DNA from: Acanthaster planci
Lineage: Eukaryota
Direction: 5' to 3'
DNA: 27,222 nt
Assembly (NCBI RefSeq): GCF_001949145.1
Contig: NW_019091358.1
Coordinates: 3,816,569-3,843,790, forward strand
Shown: piece after piece, positions 13,701 to 22,700 of the stretch
How positions within the stretch are numbered: the stretch's first letter is position 1
Layout: each line of letters begins with the position of its first letter
Notes under the pieces: model-generated
The model's database searches: none
What the model saw: only the letters and a program-made list of their open reading frames with translations
Told to the model about the DNA's origin: nothing
Made by a program: the position numbers and the translations under genes

Positions 13701-16700
13701 GGCAACGAGGCCAGCCTAAGTGAAGAGACTGGAGTCAGCGACGGCGTACGCAGAAAGCTCCTGGTGGAAGTGAGTTGCTCATGCTTGCACCCGCTCATAT
13801 TTATAATCTGATCAGAGTAGAAACAGGAAAAAGCTTATGGTTACACAGCGACGGCTTGCCGACCACTTCATTGAATATGTCCTTGCAGTTTAGAAAAGCA
13901 ACAGGTGTTGTGTTATGTTGTCAGTGGAGTTGTTATGCTGAGAATCCTTCAATTACAAGAAAACATGGATCCATTTTTATTGTATTTTCTATCATTTGGG
14001 AACCAAGTTAAGAACTCATTTTATCCAAGGAAGAAAATATTTATCATTCATTGCTTCCTTCCCGAACCCCCCCCCAAATGCAAGGGAGAAGGTCAATTAT
14101 AGACGTAAAAACTTGAGTTTTTAATTTTTGTACACAGCCTGAGGGAATTGAACATCAGTATAGCATCAATAAGTACTTCTGCCCGAGCGGTAAGATGGAG
14201 GTTCTTTTTCTGCTTTTCTGATCCTCGAATCTCATTTTGCATTGAAAAATAAATTATGGTGACATAAGCTCTTGCTGTTACTTATTAAAAGCCTGAACTT
14301 GCCGTCAAGTGTATTGGCATCGTAGGGTGATGTGCAATGGAGAAATAGTGTGACTTTGCAGTATTTAGTGTGATTACATTTCTAGGCGGCACCGCTGCTC
14401 TTGATAAGAGAGCCAAATTTCCATTGTCTCTGGTTTTCCCCTCCCCCTCACAGAGTTTCCATTTTACTCGTACATCAAGAGGTTCCCACTGCCGACGCCA
14501 CCCAACACTGTCCCGGGGTCCATGAGGGGCCGGATGTCTCTGACAGGTAGCCTTATAACCCTCTACACCCTTCAAAAGTCACCTTGTTGGTTTCTGGAGA
14601 ATTTTGCTTGAGTTGGCCTTTGGTACTTTATGTCCCTCAAATATTAAAAGGTCCACAACACAAATTTTACTGGGAACATACTTCAAGCAATGTTTTACCC
14701 TACAGACTATTTTAAAAAGGACATTCCTATTTTAGTCATTTTGTTAAAAAGTGCACTCGTCTTGTCAACCTCAAAATATTTCTGAAGGAGGGTGCTATGG
14801 CTTGGATGTCAACTGTGGAAGACACTGCTCATAAGCTCAAAATTTGCTCATTGGTGTTATCTGCAAGAAAAACTTGCTCTTTGGCCAACCACGGAGTGTG
14901 CCCATTTGTTTCTTAGACAATTGAAGATTTCAAAAGAGGCAGGAAAGGTCTCGCCAAGAATGCTTCTTGGGAGTTAGCATTTTACCGGCTCATTGCATTT
15001 CAGAAAGGGTTTCTTATCCTCACGTCCAATTATTGGCATCCACAGGTCCTGAGGTTGAGCATTTGTACTGCTCTGATGTGAGTGCATTGATTGCTGGAGT
15101 ACCCACATGGAACTTACATACTCTCTGTCGATCTAGTTCCCATTTAAGCTTTAAAGGAGTTTTTTGTTTAGGAGAAGTAGCCAGTGTTTCCAGGATCCTG
15201 TTCTAGACATTTCTTGAGATTAGGGAGATGATTTAAAACCATGAAATGCTTTAAGTGTAGAAAGTTTTGCTTGATTATGAAAATATGCCTTCTCCCCCAA
15301 AAGGTCAGATTTTGATAGGGCAACTATCTCCTGGAAGGCTGTAGTAGGTGACACCTTTTCCTCTGTGCACTCTCCATCTCTCCATAAGTTTATAAGCTTG
15401 TCCAGTGATTTCCCTCTGAATTGGAACTCGGTTGCTGATTCAATGGGGGCAGGGGGGCAACTTGTCCCAAAGGGGACATATTGCCTAGAGATGTGTCTGA
15501 AAAGAAACAATGACAGAGCTCAATTGAAACGGTACAATACATGTGATGTGGTTTTTTGTTTGTTTTTTTTTAGTAATGACCTCGTTTACCTTTACCCTTC
15601 TTCCCCCCACCAGGTGATTTGATGGGTCAGACGGTTAGTAACCTGGACAACCTCCTGCAGATACCAACGGGATGTGGCGAGCAGAACATGCTGGGGTTCG
15701 TGCCCAACATTGTGGCCATGCAGTACTTCACCCAGAGTGGCACCCTGACGGACGACCTCAGGACCAGGGCCCAGACCAACATGAAGAAGGGATACATGCG
15801 GGAACTGAACTATCGGCTCAAGGTACAGTCCCAAGGTGTAGCTCTGTAATCGCACCTGATATTTGCCGCAAAGAAATTTTCCACATTGCTTCTCTTAGTG
15901 TGGTTAATAGCCTAAGTAATTATGCCACTTTTGGTTGGCTTCAGATTCAACCTTAAAGAGTGCATTTGCTCCATCACTCTTAAAGGTCTTCTTTTTGCTG
16001 GTAATATAAAGTGAAAGCTGCATGAGTTTTTTGACACACACTGAATTACTTTTTTGCTTTTGTACTTTAAGTTTACTTGCCAATTTTTGGCAAAAATACA
16101 ACTTTGATGAGGGAAAGATTAGTGTTGTTTTGAAGGCTTGAGGGCTGTGTGACGGAGCTACTTAATTGTACATGACATTGTCTTGAGTTACACAAACTGT
16201 AAGGCGCTGTCGTGAAGCTTTGGAAGAATGCAATGTTTGCCGGGAATCTGCGATGAAGAAGCTTCAGAAAGAAATTGAATCATAAGAAAGAGCAGCTCTC
16301 GAGAGGGTACTCATGTTTTTTTTAACAAATTGTCAGGAAATATACTGTTCACTGTTTAATGAAAATGCAAGTTTTTCACTTGGAGACTTGTTACACATGC
16401 ATTCAAACTTGTTGATTGTTGAAGGATGGCTCCTATTCTGCATTTGGTGAGAGCGATGAGGAAGGTAGCACCTGGTTGACGGCGTATGTAGTCAGATCAT
16501 TTGCCCAGGCAGCTGAGTTCATCAGCATCGACCAGAGGGACCTGGACGTGACCATCGACTGGCTGAAGCAGCAGCAGAACAAACAAGGCTGCTTCAACGC
16601 CCGCGGCAAACTCTGCCACAAGGCCATGGCAGTGAGTATGAAAAGAACCAGTTTCGGCAGTCCGGCATACTAGTCCAAGATTCCCAGCCGGGTCGACACA

Positions 16701-19700
16701 CGATAGAGTTGGGTCGATGGAAGTGTTCGAATTTGCACACTTGTTTATGTGTGTCAATCCAGGCATTTTCATGAGGGAGATGGCTGATGAGGTGTTGGAG
16801 GCTGCACATCAGAAGCCTTCTGAACTGTGATTTGCAGTGTTGCAGGGATATCTGTTCTGCAGTTTATTCTGAGGATACACAAACTGATGGCTTTACACGG
16901 ACCAAAAGCGTGGGAGTTATGTTGAAGCCATCCAGCCACCTTTTAAATACACCTTTGTATGCTTTGCAGTACAATGTACATGTGTTCAGAAAACAAAAAT
17001 CTTTATCAACGTTTCTCTCTGTGGTCAAGTTATCACTGCTCTTTCCAGGGAAACTGAAGTTCTTCAGATTTGTGACACACGATCTCTCCTTCCGTTGCAG
17101 GGAGGGGTGAACAATGAGATCACGTTAACTTCTTACGTGGTTACCAGCTTGCTGGAGGCAGGAGTGGCACCTGAGGTGAGTCTGCTCAAATCCTAAAATG
17201 GAAGAAATGCGTGTGTGCCAACTTTTAAATTACTAGTGTGAATCACTAGCGTCAGAGGTCCACGCATTGCGGGTTGCGTGAATCTTGTGTGGGCTAAGAC
17301 AAACAGGGTTCTCCCCAGGATTTGTAAAAACTGGGGGGATTTCCATTGTGGTTTACCAACATTTTGCAAAGCCATGGCGTGGGGTTCAGACCCCGCCCAA
17401 GGGCTCCGAAAATTTTGGGATTTTAGATGCTCTCAGCTGCATTTTAGAGCATTTCCTGGGTTTTTCAAGTACCTTTTCTCAGGAAAATATAACAGATTCA
17501 ATTTTTTTTTAATTTTGGATATTAGTATTTTAACAAATGATCAGTTTTCCTTTCTGGACTACCAATTAGGCCTGTAGGCACAAAAGGAGTCATTTCAAGT
17601 TTCAGACATGCAACAACATGTAGTGGCTGTTTAATCAACGATATAGACACCTGTTTATTCAGTTTTAATTTTCATACATGTTTCAATCTCTCCGTTTTGC
17701 TGATCAGACCTGAAACCATGAGCTCCATTCAGCTGTAAGGCAAAAATATTAGCTTAAGGGATTAAGCAAATGTCATAAAAATATAAAACGATTTTGTCTT
17801 TATATATAATATACAACAAGGCTTTTCTTGTATATCGACAAGAAAGAATACCCGCTGCAGGTGGCTGCTTCGTTTGGGTTTCCCTCAGCGCGGACTGCTG
17901 AAGTTATTGGCTTAAAAAAGAGCTCTTTGATTGAGTTTCTGCCATTGTGCGCAAGACAAAGCACGGTGATATGGCAACGAGAAATATCGTTCCTGTCGTA
18001 GATGTATTAATACTCTTACACAGGGCTATGGCTGCCGCCATGAAAAAAATCTTGTATGGGATCGCTGTTGTAAGTTCTGCGAATGGTGTTATATGATATT
18101 GTAACCTTCGTAAATGCAGCCCCTGTAGCATATTGAGCACACGGCACAGAGAAAGCACACCTGCGCGTGGGTGCATGTACGACGCCCATGACAGGAGTTC
18201 AGATTTCATGCAACACCAGCCACGAGGAACGTTCGGTGCCAATGTACGTGTATGGTGTTCAGTACAGTGTGGCCGCCGACCCGTGGTGCCCAATGTATGT
18301 ACAGTACATGGAAAAATGCCGGACTAAACTTTTTTTTTCATCTAGATTTTCCGAACATGCAATCTGCATTATATAAGAAAACTCTAAGCCGTACTGTCAT
18401 AATTATATTGTGCGTATCGGGTATAAAAAAATGGGTATCGGCCCGTTTTTTGCATATCGGGCCCGATACACTAGTTTGTACGTGGGGAGAATCCTGACAA
18501 ATCTACAAGAGGTCACCCTCTTTCTGGAAAAGAGACGTTTTGGGGTTATGGCTATTTGTTGCAAGGAAGAGAAGTGGTCAAGGAAAGAAAGATAGAGCCG
18601 AAAAGAGTGTTCAAAGTGCGAAAAAACGGATTTACTGAATTTCCTTAACCATACAAGAACAAAGGAATGACCACACTCGGTTGGCAACCTAAGTGCGTGA
18701 GAGTTGGAATTACGTGATGCAGTCATGGTCCGCAAATTTACATTTGGAAATTTCTCTTTCTTCCTTTTCTTTGCCTGTTGAAGCTGCATGTCTGCACCTC
18801 GCTAGCGTCAAGTTGAGATAGAAATCTCCTTGTTGAAACAAATTGTGCAAATTTGTTCAATGCTATGCCTGCATTGAAAATGGAGCATCAATAAACTTGA
18901 ATGGAACAGGGACCTGGTTTTGTTTTTAAAAAGGTCTTTTAGCTATTTTAATGAATTTGCTAGCCAAATTAAAGATGAATCGTTCATTTCCAGATCATGT
19001 GTGTTCTGAACAAGGTTAAACTGAACTCACTATTGATTGCGCAGTGCAGATGTCAAAACGACAGACCACTTCAATCATGCCGTATTGAAAAAAGTGAAAA
19101 AGCCAGGTCTGACAATGAATATGCTAGAAATATGATGTAAGCTGTTGGAGCCACAACAGGGAATAAATTCACTTCAGCTTGGGCCGTTGAATATGGATGT
19201 GACGAGGGTTGAGACTTGTCAGGATTTTTCAATGTCAGGATATTCCAGAAAATCTTTCAGGATTTGCAAAATCCCTCGGTATACCATTGGGTTGATTTTG
19301 TGTATAAAAGTTTATACAAAAAACAAATTGGTCTTTCAAAGGATGCTTGCAGGGAAGCATAACTACAGACCACTGACAGTCAACAGCTGCGGGACATTTT
19401 TAAAAGTATCAGACTGAAAAGAATACACTTTTGAAGTTACAGTGTACCATAAATGGCTGGTAGGCCTAAAAATGGGGAGGGGGACAAAATAACTACCTTT
19501 AATCATAATAACTACCTATTAAGCCCCCCCCCCAGTTCCGCTGTTGCTGTGGAGCCTGCAAAGCTCTGGTGATTGTTTTGGTTTGTTATTTTCTTCCAAT
19601 CTCGCTCCTGAGAGAGATACTACTCATGTGAATTTGAGTGGGAAAACCCACCACCAGGCTAAACAAATAAAACCATGTGGTTTCATCAACAAAATGTTGA

Positions 19701-22700
19701 AATTATAAAAAGTTTCAAAGCAAGTAAACATTTCTTTGTTTTTATGTGGTTTTTTGGCCTTTCTGTGTAAGTTTCTGCTAGGATAGAAGTTTTAGGTCCT
19801 CCTTGATATATTAATTTTGGTCACCATGGCCAATAAGCAGTTAGCAGTGGTTTCTGTATTATACAGTTTCTGAAATTAATGAGCAGTAAGACTCATCAAG
19901 AGGGAAAAGTGAGACAGCTGGTTTCATTGCAGTACATGTGCTTTCTTTGCAGGATCCCGTCATCCTGAATGCATTGAGCTGCCTAGAGTCTGAGGCCAAC
20001 ACCCTCTCTGACACCTATGCAGCAGCTCAGCTGGCCTATGCCATGGTGCTGGCTGGTCATCCAGCTGCATCTGATGTCATGGACTATCTTGAGTCGGTGG
20101 CAGTGACGGAAGGTAAAGTCAAGCGGTGGCTTAGATGGCCTTGGCATTGTAAAAAGGGGGGGCATGGGGGCACTCCCTGTCTCCTGGGGGGAAAATGGAC
20201 AAGTGAAAAAAAAATTGGAAAACAGCAAAAGCAAAAGGAAGAAAGGGGATGAAACTCACCACGTTGCTTGAAAATACTGATGGCTTGTCAGTTTGCTGCA
20301 GAGGAATGCTTGCTCCCTCCCCTTGAAGAGCAAAAAAAAAAATTAAATAAAACACATCATCCAAAGTGGACTTCCTTGGTAGAGTTGGTAGTGGGGTTTG
20401 AAACTCCCGAATCTTCTAGTTTAGCCCTTGCAATCAAGAGTGTGTATTGCATGCACCAGTCTGTGTGCATGGCTTAAGCTGCCCAACAATTTCAAAATGT
20501 TTGAGGACACCTTCAAAAAAATTGTTTCCTCTGCAGGCGAGCACAAACGGTGGGTCAGTAACAGGGATGACGTGGCTGAGTATGACACTTACTACCGAGC
20601 CTCCCGACAAGCCCAGGAGATTGAGATGACGGCCTATGTGCTGCTGGCCTACACTGAGTACTTGAGCCCTGAGGAGGCCCGCGTCGAAGGTAGCCCTGTT
20701 TCCCGCTGGTTAGTCAGCCAGCAGAGCAGCAGTGGCGGATTTTCCTCCACGCAGGTACGATATGCTCAGACACTGGCATGTTTGATCGATTTGTATTGAT
20801 TTTGGACTTGGTTTGAAAAGAAATTGCAAATGGCTGTAGATAACCCCGATGAGTTTCGAAGCTTTTTTGTGCAAGTATGGTATTTTGTGTAGTCTTTGAG
20901 TTGTCCACAATGCTGAAACAAGGTAGAAGAAGAGGCACAGTGTCTTTCGGTGCTTCAAACTGATTAGAATTCTGTGCACAGACATATTCGGCTGAACGGG
21001 AAAGTAGATTGTGTGGATTGTGTGTTATCTCACATCTAGTGGCTCGTAAAATAATGAAACTTTCCAAGCATCTTTAGCACAGGGTTTGGATTGTATGTTG
21101 CACAAGGAACAGTAAACTTATGTTTGCCATCATTTTGGGGATCATGTCAGATCATTGTGCCATTCAGGTGCCAACAGGCAAAACAGAAACCTGTACATCT
21201 GAACAGTGAGGTGGTGACATTTTAAGAAGTCCACATGGGCAGTTTGCCTTTCTCATTGAAAGTTACTGTCAGTTATGATGACTGTCACACTGTGCAATGA
21301 GACAAGTGAAGTAATTAAAATTTGAAATTGTGATGGGTTAATGGCTAATGGATTTGTGAGGGGAGGTACGTACTGTATGTCCGATTAAAAAAGATTGAAC
21401 ACCCATTTTCTTGAAACTGAGTACTGTAAATTTATATAACACGGTTTTTTTTGCCCTTACCCAACGTATATATTGATAAACACTTGCCGGGGACAGCTGG
21501 CCGGTGGTCGAGTGGTTAAGACGTCTACACTAGTAAGCAGGAGGTCGTGGGTTCGAGTCCTACCCGAGTAAGCTTGTGACTTTTTTTGCAAGCTCTTGGA
21601 CAAGCACTGAGCATACAGTGTTTATTAATATATACATTGGGTAAGGGCAAAAAAAACCTGTTAGATAAATTAACATCTCCCCAACGCAAAAATACATCTT
21701 GAGAACTGAGTACTGTAGTTCTTTAGTTTGTTAAGCTGAATGTTGACCCCCAGAAACTGGTGAGAGCTTGTGTGTGAGTGTAAAAGATGTTTCTCCTCTG
21801 CCCATGTAACTCACGCAAAATGCGTCCCCCCCCCCCTTGTTTGTGCAGGACACTGTAATCGGCCTGCAAGCCCTTGCAGCCTATGCCGGTATCCTGAGTA
21901 AGGAGCCGCTCAAGCTGAGGGTGGAGGTGATGGAGCGGGGCCGCAAGGTGCGGCAGCTTGAGTTGCTGGAGAGGAACAAGCTGGTGGTGCAGGAGATGGA
22001 CCTGAACGTGCCCAACACCTACACCGTCCGGGCCAGGGGGAAGGGATGCGGTCTGTTGCAGGTGGGCAGGCCACAGAGGAAAAAAATAGGGCTCTTTGGC
22101 ATCATTTTGTCATACTGTCAAGCTCTGCTGTTGTTTTTGCGTTCAGCTAGTCAGTCAGTGATTGGTTGTGAGAAAAAGGAAATGACATCAAACTGTAATA
22201 GAAAAAAATCAAACTGGGGGGTGGGGCCAATGGTAGTCATGCCCCCAAGACATATTTCTATGCGTTGGAAAGTAATGAAATGAAGGGGATTTGGGGATAC
22301 TTTTTTCACTTCCTTTCCTTCCATAGGTGTGTTTAAAGCCTTCAAAATGTAGCTTTACCTCTCAGAAGGCCATAAAACACATTGCCCCCAACCCCAATTC
22401 AGGCTGACAAAAATTGGTTGTGTACTGCTGAGCTCAACCAGGAAAGTTTCATTTGTGCCCAAAGATTGACTCAAATAAAACCAGTTGGAGTTGGAGTGAC
22501 ACACCAAAACGTCTGGCAGCTAATGAAGGAACCACATATGAATAAATTTGTGAGCAGGTAAACAGATGCATCATGAAGAATTTGAATGACTCTCTTTTAG
22601 GGGTAATCATTACCAATACCCAAGTGAAAAAATCTGACGGAAGTTGTTTTTTAAACAGCAATTTTGTTGCTGCTTTGTCCACTCAGTTCACAGTGTATTA

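Noticed and set aside
21498..21570. Functional tRNA-Thr(AGT) gene
   Set aside because: Acceptor and anticodon stems pair poorly and the sequence is embedded in a repeat-bounded element, so it is treated as tRNA-derived.
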